Assembly: GCA_050575255.1 (NCBI GenBank)
Contig: JBNZDD010013622.1
Location: forward strand, 516,119-580,118
Reading direction: 5' to 3'
Length of the DNA: 64,000 bases
Source of the DNA: Harriotta raleighana
Lineage: Eukaryota
Positions 14,101 to 39,225 of the stretch are shown here, one piece after another. Within the stretch, counting starts at the first letter, position 1; each line of letters opens with the position of its first letter. Below the pieces are notes generated by a model, which saw nothing but the letters and a program-made list of their open reading frames with translations, was not told where the DNA came from and did no database searches. A program made the translations under genes and the position numbers.

Positions 14101-17100
14101 CATGAGGAGAGGAAGAAGAGGCAGAACATCGAGATGGATAAGAGCGGAATTATGAAGAAAATCCGTAACTTGGAAGACAAGCAGAACTCCATTCTGCCCA
14201 AACTGCTGACCAAGGAGACGACCAAGGTCGAAAAGAATCCCTTGCTGGACGTCGAGGCTGAAAACCTACGCAACGAAATCAACATGTGCAAGAGAGAGAG
14301 ACGAATGACCGATGACGAGTTGGATTACCTGAAGAAGCAGATCTCCAACCTGGAGCAGACTCCGGTCAATGTGGTAGAAAAGGTGGTGGTGGTAGAAACG
14401 GTCAAAGTGGAAAAGAATCCTGAGATGCTCCGAGCATCCAGAAACCTCCAGGAGCAGATCAACGAGGAGGATCAGAAGAGACATACCATCACTAACGATA
14501 TCCGGTTGATAACGGATCAGATTGACACGCTGGAGCACCAGATAAAGAAGATTACACCCAAAGTCATCATTAAAGAAATCCAAAAGATCGAGAAGGACCC
14601 TGCACTTCAGAAGGAATCCTCCAATCTCCGTGTACAGTGTGAAGATGAACATCAGAACAACATCATCTTGAGCACAAACCTGCAGGAGCTGCAGCAAAAG
14701 TACAATATCATCCAGGAGAAAAAACCGAAGGTAGAAATCAACGAAATTGTCCGCGAGAACTTCTGCGTCTCCCCGGAAACTGAGAAAGAGATTGCTGATT
14801 TGAAGAAGAAGATACAAGAGATGTCAGCGAGAAGGAATCAGCTGGAGATAGAACTCACACTCCTCAAAGGCGATCTAGAAGTTATCAAGGATCAGCCACC
14901 CCATATTGAATACAAGGAGGTTATCAATGAGGTAGAGAAGTTGCAAAAAACCCCGGAGATGCTCAATCAGATCGACCATCTCGGAAATGAGCTTGGTAAG
15001 CTGTCCAACGCCTCCAAACGTGTACAGGAGAATATCAATGATTTGAAGGACGAAAGGGATGATTACCGAAAGAGGAGGAGTAAGGTCGAGACTAAAGTGG
15101 TGACCAAAGACGTGGTGAAATATCTGAACGACCCAATGTTGGAAAAGGAAGCGGAAAGTCTTCGAAAGGAGGTCCGCGACTCGTCCCAGAAACGAAGAGA
15201 CCTGGAGTCTCTCGTGTTTGACTTGCAGCAGAAATATTTGATGCTCAAGAGACAGAAACCAAAAGAAAAGACTGTCATCCAGGAGATGGTTCGTTTACAG
15301 AAGGATCCCAAAATCATCAGGGAACACGACAATCTGGGCAAGAACCTGGATGATGAACGAAGACTAAGACGCAACCTGGACCGGGAAGTTCAGAACCTGA
15401 AAGCTCTCCTGGCAGAAAAGGAAGCAGAAATCAACCTGGAGGAAGAGAGGACCAAAAAACAACATGCCTTGCATGAACTGAATCTAATCAAAGGCAAAAT
15501 TGATGAGTTGGAGTCATGTCCTTCCCCAGTGGAAGAGAGAATTATCACCCAAGAGATCTTTAAGGTTGAAAAAGATCCATTAATTGAGCAGGCTTCCTTA
15601 TCTTACCGGCGACAGCTGGATGATGAGAAGACCAAAATAGTCCAGTTGGAACAAGAAATAAAAAGAGCTCAATTCGAACTGGATCTTTTGCAGAGAGAGA
15701 AATCTCAAGAAAAGACTATTTACAAGGAGGTTGTGCGGGTCACGAAAGATAAGGCTTTGGAAGAGGAACGCTCCCGGGCTCGGGATCTGTATAACAAGGA
15801 GAAGAATTCCAGGCTAGACGTGCTGGAGGAAATCCGCAGACTTAAAGAAAGGTTGCATAAGTTGGAGGACTCGAAGAGAACACATTCCCGCGAGGAGGCC
15901 GAGCTGAAGAAGACGAGGGATGCAAATTTACAGGAGAAGGATATCCTGAAGGATCAGCTCAATGATCTGGAGAATGAAAAGGAGCAGAAGGCCTATCAGC
16001 AGTTGAATGAAAGCAAACTCATGTCCCACCACCATGAAAAAGAGAAGGAAAAGAAGAATCAGTTGGTGCAGGAGGTAGCGACGCTGGAGAGCAACATCAT
16101 AAAGGAGAACGATAAGCTCCACGATCGAGAATACAGCATCCGGGATCTCCAATCCCAGATCACCAGAGAAGAAGCCCGTCAAAGAGACATACAGTTGAGG
16201 GAAACCAACCTGTCCACCAAAATAACCATCCTGGATTCCGAAACTGGGAAAGATTTGTCCCCCTATGAGGCTTACAAGAGAAATATGATAGACCGGGAGC
16301 AATATATTCAATTGCAGGAGCTGGAATGTGACTGGGAGGAGATGTCAACCATTGGGCCATCAGGACAAACCTCAGTTCTTCGGGACAAGAAAAGTGGCAA
16401 GCATTACTCCATTGACGACGCCTTGAAGAACCGGAATATCACCAAAGAAGAGCTTCACCTTTATAGGGAAGGGAAGATCCCAATCTCCGAGTTTGCCCTC
16501 TTAGTAGCTGGTGAAGATAAACCAACGTTACATACACCAGTGATCAATCAAAAAAAAACTCAGGATTATATTCCACATAAGAAAAGGGAAAAGTTCCCCA
16601 TAGCTGGAGTTTACGACACCACTACAAATTCCAAGTTAAGCATTAACAGTGGGCTGAATAGAAAACTGATTGACCCTCTGACAGCTCAGAAGATCTTGGA
16701 AGCTCAGGCAGCCACAGGTGGGATCATTGACGTTGGCACCAGAGAGAGGTTTTCAGTCCACCAGGCGGTGGATCAAGGTCTGATCGATAGAGTCCATATG
16801 CAGAGGCTGCTGAACGCACAGAAAGCCTTCACCGGCGTCGAAGATCCCATGACAGGGGAACGCCTTCCTGTAGGTTTGGCTCTGAAGAATGGGTGGGTGC
16901 CTGCGGAAACGGCCCTCCGTTACCTGGAGGCTCAGCACCTCACCGGTGGGTTGGTGGACCCCAATAAATCTGGGAGAGTGCCCGTCAACGACGCGGTGCA
17001 GAGCCAAATGATTGACAGCAACACGGCCAAGATGCTCCAGGACGAGTCCAACTACGTGAAGGATCTGATCGACCCCATGACCAAAGAGCGAATCCATTAC

Positions 17101-17235
17101 CGGGAGATGATGGACCGTTGTCAGAAAGACGAGCTCTCTGGCCTGCTGCTCATCCCAGCTGCTTCCGATGATCAGAGCTCTTACCAACCAAGCAGTCGCT
17201 ATGAGTACAAACCGAGATATTCAGAAGGCTACTGA
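586..17235 (+). CDS. EVPL: Envoplakin (plakin family), 5'-partial; 20 exons in window (probably exons 3-22)
   Basis: AG/GT-bounded, phase-consistent exons: 586-740, 1966-2086, 2232-2363, 2877-2918, 3393-3554, 3678-3785, 3994-4089, 4927-5052, 5429-5578, 8071-8225, 8554-8681, 9111-9283, 9904-10082, 10272-10410, 10719-10912, 11077-11227, 11793-11876, 12371-12478, 13057-13149, 13840-17235. Peptides such as EVLLRDMFMDADKVGRLKHPQ, the SH3-like ALCDW...APGVCFSIPPPD, a rod with KVEKDP-type repeats, the linker ELECDWEE and a single C-terminal plakin-repeat domain fit envoplakin (periplakin lacks the PRD). Neighbouring ACOX1 and FBF1 match human synteny. Confidence 0.93.
780..1180 (+). mobile_element. 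tRNA-derived SINE copy
   Basis: Decayed tRNA-like head, core gactgtttgtgggacgctgctgtgcgcaat, tail tgtgaagcgct...tcaaatgcaa(tta)n shared with many copies in the window. Confidence 0.75.
5383..7429. repeat. 1023-bp direct duplication joined by one N (probable assembly artefact); duplicates an EVPL exon at 6453-6602
   Basis: 5383-6405 matches 6407-7429; N at 6406; identical ORF translations offset by 1024. Confidence 0.85.
5612..5802 (+). mobile_element. CR1-clade LINE 3' end
   Basis: aaggctgtgga...ttccaaggctgaggtggatagat...gaggtacagatc...gccatgatct...ggctcaaggggctg..tggcctcctcctgttcct; related pieces at about 51090-51220 (-) and 55420-55510 (+). Confidence 0.65.
13840..17235 (+). CDS. EVPL: EVPL terminal exon: coiled-coil rod, linker and plakin repeat domain
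   Basis: 1139-aa ORF 13816-17235; acceptor ccctgaag at 13839; LEAQAATGGIID and LEAQHLTGGLVDP plectin-repeat motifs; TGA stop. Confidence 0.95.
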   Translation, partial: QEEIPIRQSAQNNNMLLAKRDRNDLKEQTINEAEKVRLAEANLKQYKEELQDLKYQRPVDTKQEMEVVDFYRDPKTENNLTTLRNKIHEERKKRQNIEMDKSGIMKKIRNLEDKQNSILPKLLTKETTKVEKNPLLDVEAENLRNEINMCKRERRMTDDELDYLKKQISNLEQTPVNVVEKVVVVETVKVEKNPEMLRASRNLQEQINEEDQKRHTITNDIRLITDQIDTLEHQIKKITPKVIIKEIQKIEKDPALQKESSNLRVQCEDEHQNNIILSTNLQELQQKYNIIQEKKPKVEINEIVRENFCVSPETEKEIADLKKKIQEMSARRNQLEIELTLLKGDLEVIKDQPPHIEYKEVINEVEKLQKTPEMLNQIDHLGNELGKLSNASKRVQENINDLKDERDDYRKRRSKVETKVVTKDVVKYLNDPMLEKEAESLRKEVRDSSQKRRDLESLVFDLQQKYLMLKRQKPKEKTVIQEMVRLQKDPKIIREHDNLGKNLDDERRLRRNLDREVQNLKALLAEKEAEINLEEERTKKQHALHELNLIKGKIDELESCPSPVEERIITQEIFKVEKDPLIEQASLSYRRQLDDEKTKIVQLEQEIKRAQFELDLLQREKSQEKTIYKEVVRVTKDKALEEERSRARDLYNKEKNSRLDVLEEIRRLKERLHKLEDSKRTHSREEAELKKTRDANLQEKDILKDQLNDLENEKEQKAYQQLNESKLMSHHHEKEKEKKNQLVQEVATLESNIIKENDKLHDREYSIRDLQSQITREEARQRDIQLRETNLSTKITILDSETGKDLSPYEAYKRNMIDREQYIQLQELECDWEEMSTIGPSGQTSVLRDKKSGKHYSIDDALKNRNITKEELHLYREGKIPISEFALLVAGEDKPTLHTPVINQKKTQDYIPHKKREKFPIAGVYDTTTNSKLSINSGLNRKLIDPLTAQKILEAQAATGGIIDVGTRERFSVHQAVDQGLIDRVHMQRLLNAQKAFTGVEDPMTGERLPVGLALKNGWVPAETALRYLEAQHLTGGLVDPNKSGRVPVNDAVQSQMIDSNTAKMLQDESNYVKDLIDPMTKERIHYREMMDRCQKDELSGLLLIPAASDDQSSYQPSSRYEYKPRYSEGY

Positions 17236-17547
17236 TCAACTGATGCTGTATGTTTCCAGATACAGCCTCTCTCTTGTTATTCACAAAAAAGGGTATGACT
17301 TAAGTTGTGTAATGATATTCATTTTAGTTCTGGGGTGGTGGAAAATGTGGGAAAGACTAGGTAGTATTTTATTTCTTTTACTTCAGGCTTGTCTATTTGT
17401 ATATTTAAAGGTATACATAGATTTAGGAGTTTAACTTTGATTTCTGAGCTGTGTTTGTGATCAGCCATGCTTTACTTGACACAATATCAACCAGAGGTGC
17501 AGGAAGATTATATTGATTCTGTATTGTATTTTACTATGTTTTATTTT

Positions 17548-17553
17548 AATAAA
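17548..17553 (+). terminator. Probable EVPL polyadenylation signal
   Basis: AATAAA about 310 nt after the stop, preceded by U-rich and TGTA elements. Confidence 0.6.
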
Positions 17554-17644
17554 CAAACTTATGATGGAAATATCTGACTTGTCTATTTTCATTTATGGAT
17601 CTGAGGTCCTGGGCTCTTTGCCCATTTACCAAGTCCACAATCGT

Positions 17645-17995
17645 GGAGCTCCTATATATAGCTCAGTGGTAAGAGCACTCACTTTACAAGCGTGAGACCT
17701 GTGTTCGAATCCAGGCAGATCAGGGTGAAACCTTGGGCAAGTTTCCTTACTCCACACACACACGCCTAATAATAATAATCAGTCCCCACAAAAAACACAA
17801 TACTGTAATAAAAAAAAATTGTTCATTTCAACCTACGACTGTTTGTGGGGTTCTGCTGTGCACAATTGGCTGCCGCGTTTCGCCCACAAATATAGTCAAT
17901 TCACTTTCCAGTATATTCTGTAAACTCTTTGAGACATCGTTACGATGTGAAAAGTGCTATATCAAATGCAAACGATTATTATTATTTTTATTATA
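17645..17995 (+). mobile_element. tRNA-derived SINE, near full length
   Basis: A-box tagctcagtggtaagagc, B-box gttcgaatcc, conserved core and L2-like tail ending in (tta)n. Confidence 0.85.
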
Positions 17996-18459
17996 ATTGA
18001 GTGGTGAGCTGGATCTATGACAAAAAAGAGAAATGGCTATAGGGAAGGAGGGTTCCAGCCTACATTGTGCTGTCTCTAAGCTCCAATAGTGACCGTGCTC
18101 CTTAGAGAAACAAAAGTGGTCTCCTTTGAGCTAAATCAATCAACATCAATAATCACATTTATATAGTGCCTTTCACATCGGGAGGACGTCCCAAGGTGCT
18201 GTACAGTCAAGTAGGAATCAAAACTGGGGGGTAGGGATCAGGGGAAGGAAAGTAGGAAAATTGACTGCATATTTGTGGGCGAAACGCAGCAGCCGATTGT
18301 GCACAGCATTGTCCCACAAACAGTGGTGGGTTGAAATGACCAATTTTGAAATGACCAGCAACCGCTCCTTGTCCTCGCCGCCCACTTGGACAATTTTCAA
18401 AAAGGCGGGAACCAGGCCCAGGGTGGTGACAGACCCCAAAACCGACGGGTTCCTCAGCT

Positions 18460-18780
18460 GCTGCCCGAGGTGATTCGGTGTCGGCCCTGGCACCTCGGAC
18501 ACGATGTGTCTGGCCAGTTCGCCCGGCATCAGCAGCCTGACTGTGGTCGGGATCTCCCGCAGCGAGATGGTCCGTCGCCTGCAACACCAGCCCAGGTGAA
18601 AGGCCTCGCAGGCGAACCGCTCGAAGATGTCGCCAACGAGTGAGCTCACCAAGTCAATGGCTTCCGCCGCCGAAATGCCCGTGCTCAGGTGACCTGTCCC
18701 AACACTCCGCTGACGCACAGGGTGGAGCTCTGCATCCTGCGCTCGCAGCCTCGGTAGCGGTTCCGGTAGCGGTAGCCATC
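18460..18780 (-). pseudogene. Histone H2B-like pseudogene (diverged, frameshifted)
   Basis: Minus strand reads ERRMQSSTLCVSGVLGQV / HLSTGISAAEAIDLVSSLVGDIFERFACEAFHLGWCCRRRTISLREIPTTVRLLMPGELARHIVSE / ARADT. This aligns to H2B [47 protein letters not shown]...[32 protein letters not shown] and needs two 1-nt frameshifts (near 18691 and 18496). Confidence 0.8.
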
Positions 18781-19029
18781 AGAATTGAATCAATCACAAA
18801 CAACAAACAAACAAAATTAAATGGATAGAGTGCCTTTCACGTCGGGTTGACGTCCTATTACACATATACTGTACACACACCCGAAAGATGGATGAATGGT
18901 TTAGTTTTCAAAGACTGTCGCTCATACAGGCCTTTTAAACCGTCAGACCACACCCGCCCCTGAGTGTCCAATAGGGCCATCCTGGAAACCAAGAACCCTG
19001 AGTGATCTTCACTGTGCACTGGGGTGTGG

Positions 19030-19300
19030 TGTGCAGGGGTGTTCTTGCCCGTTTAAGAGGTGCCGTGATCCTCATTGGCTGTGTGTGTGTGTGTGTGTGT
19101 GTGTGGGGGGGGTGGGGTTACCATTGCCCGTTTAAGCGGTGCCTTGGCTGGTTTAAGCGATGCCATGGTCCCCACCATCGCGTGTGAGAGGAGGGAACGC
19201 GGCGTTGCCTGTTTAAGAAGAGCTGAAAGCGCGCGCGCGCGCGCGGCTGGTTGTCAGTTAGTCAGTGTGAGGGCAGCAGCCAGTCAGCCTGATCGCCGCC
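19030..19300 (+). promoter_or_regulatory. ACOX1 CpG-rich promoter and 5' UTR
   Basis: CpG-rich, (GC)8 run at about 19229-19244, strong Kozak gccgccATG at 19301, pyrimidine tract after exon 1. Confidence 0.55.
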
Positions 19301-34202
<14,902 letters not shown>

Positions 34203-35333
34203 GGCCGGACCGAGGTCTGTTTTTTCTGGAGTCTCGCCCAAGCCTCTAAATACAACACTGCACCTTAATCCCAGCCCGTCGCTTCTGTTGGTCTGGAGGG
34301 ATCATGGTTTCCTTCTTCTCTCCGTGTCCTCCATTCCCAATGGAAGTCTAGCACTCGTTTAGATAATCTTTATAGATAGGAAACAAAATGGAGTGAGTGG
34401 TTTCAAAGGTACATATTTTAGCAAGTAATTGTGGATTAGCAGTTCACAGGAGAGTATCACTGCCCTCTACTGGCAGTGATGCTCTCCTGGAAAAAAGTTT
34501 TAAGCGTTTCACACTGAATTTTAAACCGAATCTGAAGCCAGTATCGTTGTGGTAGCACTAGAGGGCTTTATTTTCTTGGCTTGATGTGTAACTGGGCCTA
34601 GAGTTCATGGAAAGGGTGTTTGTGACTTATCGATTAAGGTTCAGCAAATGGGAGATAATGAATTTCAAGTATACCCGCCTAAACAAGCCGTCCAGTTGTC
34701 AGGCCACATGCTGAAGTTGCAGTTATTTGGCTCCCAAAATGGCAGATGAGAGATGGTTGTATTTCTGTCACTGGTTTGTGTCTCGATTGCACATTCTTTA
34801 CTCCCACGTTATGCCAGCTGCCTCCTGATATATGTATGAAAATTTGTATGGCTGGCATTAATTTTTTCCTGGTGATTTTTGGCTCTGTTGTTCCATCTCC
34901 AGGCATGATTAAACTTTGTCCTGTTTGTGTTTCAAACCACCCACCCATTCCTGATTAGCTGCCAAGTCTTCTCCTTTCAAGTGCTGCCGAGAAAAAGTTC
35001 AGATGAATGTTTTGTCCAGGAAACCTGCCTATATGGTTTAGTTGAGAGCTTTTATAAAACGGATATATTTGAATTATGTCAAGCTAAATGCATTAACCTG
35101 AATGTGTGATTTTTAATTTTTTAAGAATTGTAGAAGAGGCCCTTGGTTGTTCTGGGGTCTGTCTTGAGCTTTGGGGGAACAACAACAACAACTTGCATTT
35201 ATATAGCGCCTCTCGTAGGGGAGCATCCCAGAGCTTGTCAGTGGCAGAGCACAACGACGAGCCAGAGTGTGTGTTTGTGTGTGCGTGCGTGCGTGCGTGC
35301 GAGATGTATGTGGGTGTGAGGTGTGTGCCTGGC

Positions 35334-35689
35334 TGTAACCAAGTGTATGCAGGAGAAGGAAATCTTGAGACTGTGAAACTATAATAACTACTTGTATTGA
35401 TGCAGCACTTTTCACATAAATGTCTCAAAAGTGCTTTACAGGGTAACATTTAAAGGCAGTGTTTCCAAAGCAAAACACAGCAGCGATGACCTTACCCAAA
35501 TCCTTTAAATTTGTAACCAAGTGTATGCAGGAGAAGGAAATCTTGAGACTGTGAAACTATAATAACTACTTGTATTGATGCAGCACTTTTCACATAAATG
35601 TCTCAAAAGTGCTTTACAGGGTAACATTTAAAGGCAGTGTTTCCAAAGCAAAACACAGCAGCGATGACCTTACCCAAATCCTTTAAATT
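35334..35689. repeat. 178-bp tandem duplication downstream of the ACOX1 stop
   Basis: 35334-35511 repeats at 35512-35689 with no N at the junction. Confidence 0.85.
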
Positions 35690-35849
35690 TTCTATCAACA
35701 GGACAAACTCCACTGAATTACACACGTAGTGCAACTTTGTAACAGGCCATTTGCCCTGACTAGTGTGTGCCAGCGAATGTACCTCACCTCTCTTAAGCCC
35801 CTCTCTCTGTCTGTTGCCCAAACCCCTCTATTCCTGTCTCCTTCATACT

Positions 35850-36132
35850 TAATAATAATAATCCTTGCATTTGATTTAGTGCTTTTCAAGTCTTCTAAAC
35901 ATCTCAAAGCGCTTCACAGAATATACTGTTAAGTGAATTGACTGTATATTTGTGGGCGAAATGCGGAAGCCAATTTAGCACAGCAATGTCCCCACAAACA
36001 GTCGTGGATTGAAATAACCATTTTTATTATTGTGTTGAGGGATTATTATTAGGCATGTGTGTGTGTGTAGTAAGGAAACTTGACCAAGGTTTCGCTCTGA
36101 CCTGCCTGGATTTGAACACAGGTCTCACACTT
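35850..36132 (-). mobile_element. tRNA-derived SINE copy
   Basis: Same family, minus strand. Confidence 0.8.
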
Positions 36133-38339
36133 GCTGAAACCAATTGTTTTCAGACCAATTCAACGCCCCCCCCCCCCCACTCTTTCTTCAAAATTATTGT
36201 AAACTGAAATGTGAATGATTTAGATTTTAAATGATCCCAGTATTTGTTGCATTTCCTCCTTTCTAAATGGGGAGATTGTTTTGAATTCCACCATCTGGAA
36301 AAGTGTTGTGTTGCGTGTGCGATCATTACATTGAACACTTGTTAATTATAAATGTCAGTTTTCCTTTCACAAAATCGCTCTTTTTTGTTTTGCAACTGTC
36401 CCTTTACAAAGGGGTTGTGCGCAATTGCACAAGACTGAACACTCAGCTGCTGGACTGCTGACACTCTGCAAAGGAAGAGAGTGGTTCTGTCTCGTTTTAA
36501 TTTGATCAATGTTTTGCTTTAACTTTCAATAGTTAAAAGCTGGCGATGGTGTTTTATTGTTCTCCCCTAGGTCTCAGTCCTCTGTGAGGGGCACAATCTG
36601 GCCACTGGGTGACACTATAGGGTGCTGCCTTCGAAGCAGCATCGAATCAGTGTCCCAGATAAGAATAATAATCCTTGCATTTTGATATCGCGCTTTTCAT
36701 GTTTTCTTGACATCTCAAAGCACTTCACATAATATACTGTAAAGTGAGATGAATTTATATTTTGTAGGCAAAACGTTTAATGCGTGCGATTCCCTCCATC
36801 ATCAGCTCATTAATTATTGTTGGTTCAAATGTTTGTGTCTTTTCTCACTCTTGACTTAACTTTACTGCCTGTTGGTAGTAAATCTTACGCTGATTTGAAG
36901 ACTAGTCCGCATGCTTTTCACTCTTGAGTAAGTAAATATAATGGTTTAACATGAGCAGCGAGGCTATGATTTCTGGATAGAAACATGATAGGAAAGTGTA
37001 TTCATGCCTGCAGAAAGTTTACATGAATAACCACAATATTTCCAGGTAGTTGATATAAGGAAGTTCAGATGGCTCTCTTGTAAAAGGTGGTTGAAGCATT
37101 GCAAGACCTTAAAAAAGCAGATTACAAGGCAAACTCGTAACTCAAAGCAGACTTGCTACATTGAGGGAAAGGGATCAATTACATGGGAACAGTTTTTTTA
37201 AATTTAAAAATGTAGGACTAATAAAAAAAATCAGCATTTTACATATCAGAGTAACAGGTTTGTGGAATGTTGGTTGGGAAGATCAATGAAGCAGACTGGT
37301 TGCATAAGTAGTTTCAAGAGGTAATTAAGCTGATTTTGTGGGAATGAGGAGAAGTTGAGAATGTGAGTATGTGTGGCTTGAATCAATTGAAGGAAGAGCA
37401 TGCTTGATCTCATTGTCCTGATTATTTTTGTCTGCCTCTCTTTCTGGCCACAACGACTGTGTAGGAAATGCTACCATCGCGGGTGTGAAAGAAATCTTAA
37501 CGTTTACTGTCCCGACTGTGCTTAATATCGTTTAATCGTGGGGCACAGCCTAGCAGAGGCCCCGGGAATCACAGATCTCTAATGAGCAGTCCTGACTGAG
37601 CGTTGGGTACGGAAATGAAATGGCTCAAGCTGATCGAGTACCTTTTCAATCAGATGGTCAAGTCCGATTCATTGAGTCATCAAACCTTTCAGATGTCCGT
37701 CCCTCTACAGATATCTAATGATTGAATTGTTTTTAGTGAGTAATTATGAAGGAGCCCAGAGCAACGATGTACCGGAGTCATACAAACTATGAATTCCCTC
37801 CTATTAGTTGGGAATAATGTGACATTTGGTGCTTCAATGGTTTGTGAATATGAAGTTTGTGTACACCTCTTTGAGGGTGGTTAGATCTGCTGTAAAAATT
37901 AATATACTGTATGTACAATTCCTGGATATCTAACAATAAAATGGACGGTTAGAGAGCTTGATTTGTTGAGTGTCTCTGCCGAAAGGTTTTGTTGGGAAAT
38001 TGCCTGATGAAGTGGCTAATAAAAAACATCAGCCACATGAGCAACCTTGAGATCCAGCCCTACTTCAACTGCAGTATCCAGGCCGGGTTACTTTGGATTG
38101 CCCAAGTCTCTGTAAAGACATAGCCTGTGTGAGTCAAATGTCCTATACTTTATTCCTTAAAAAAAGATTCTTTATACTGATTTCTAAGATGAACTGGACA
38201 TTGAAATAACTGGATAAATCTTAAATCAGCGACAAACACCATTCATAACAAACTGGTTATTGTAATGAGATAAACACTTGTTAAAGCAACAGGAACTATG
38301 CTGATGTTTCTGAATGAGTAATACTCTGCTTAGCTCTGC

Positions 38340-38480
38340 TCTGACTTCCTGACCCAGCTTCATTTCCTCTGTGGCGTGTGCTATTGCTGTGATCATTGCT
38401 CTCTGATCTCACGGCAAGTGTGCAAGCCTTGCTCAACATCCACTGAGGAACCCGGGCAAAATGTCCACCTTCACATCAGG
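38340..38480 (+). promoter_or_regulatory. Candidate PIK3CG-like promoter and non-coding first exon
   Basis: ETS cores ACTTCCT (38344-38350) and CTTCATTTCCTCT (reverse AGAGGAAATGAAG, PU.1/IRF-like); candidate donors cag|gtgaat (about 38479) and aaa|gtaagg (about 38548). Confidence 0.35.
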
Positions 38481-38949
38481 TGAATCTGCCTTTCAACCCA
38501 AGAGAGCTTCCACGATTCAGCATCTTTAGTATCTGTCGCTGATGAAAGTAAGGTCAGTTACACTCTTTCGTGTGGGATGGTTTCTTCTGCCTTAGATCGA
38601 AAGAGCACGAAATGAGGAACAATGAGTAGTGGCTTGACTGCCAGTAATCTGGGTGTGGGTGGGTGAAGAACTTTTAACTTGGTCAGCCCTGATATACACA
38701 CACACAACCGGACACTCGGGTATTGAAGTGAAGAGTTTTGAAACTGAAAAGACCAGAAAAAGACTTGACATTTTTTTTTACTATTGTTAATGAGCATTTC
38801 ACTCTCCTCATGATGCGCACTGTTATCAAACTTGGGAGAGTTAACAAGAAACGGGTTCTCAGTTCTTCAGAGCTCTGCTCAGATCACCAGTCCTTCCTTG
38901 AGAAGTGAAGGCAATTACCAGAAACTCTGAATTCTTACCCACTACGCTG

Positions 38950-39225
38950 TGGAGTCATGTAGCTCAATGGTTAGAGCAGTCGCCTTACAAGGGTGAGACT
39001 TGAGTTTTATTCCAGGCAGGTCAAGGCGAAACATGCCTAATAATAATTCCTCAAAAAGGAACAATAATAAATGGGTCATTTCAATCCATGACTATTTGTG
39101 GGACAATTGACTGCTGAGTTTCACCCACAAAGATGCAGTCAATTCACTTTACAGTATGTTATATGAAGTGCTTTGAGACATCTAGAAGGCATGAAAAGCA
39201 CTATATCAAAATGCAAGGACTATTA
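38950..39225 (+). mobile_element. tRNA-derived SINE copy
   Basis: gtagctcaatggttagagcag head, core and tail. Confidence 0.8.

Noticed and set aside
17655-17725. tRNA gene-like sequences here and at about 19720, 38955, 44475 and 58025
   Set aside because: A and B boxes run into SINE body sequence and no clean cloverleaf is evident; these are SINE heads.
17996-19300. PPAR response element expected upstream of ACOX1
   Set aside because: No convincing DR1 (AGGTCA-N-AGGTCA) seen by eye; a matrix scan would be needed.
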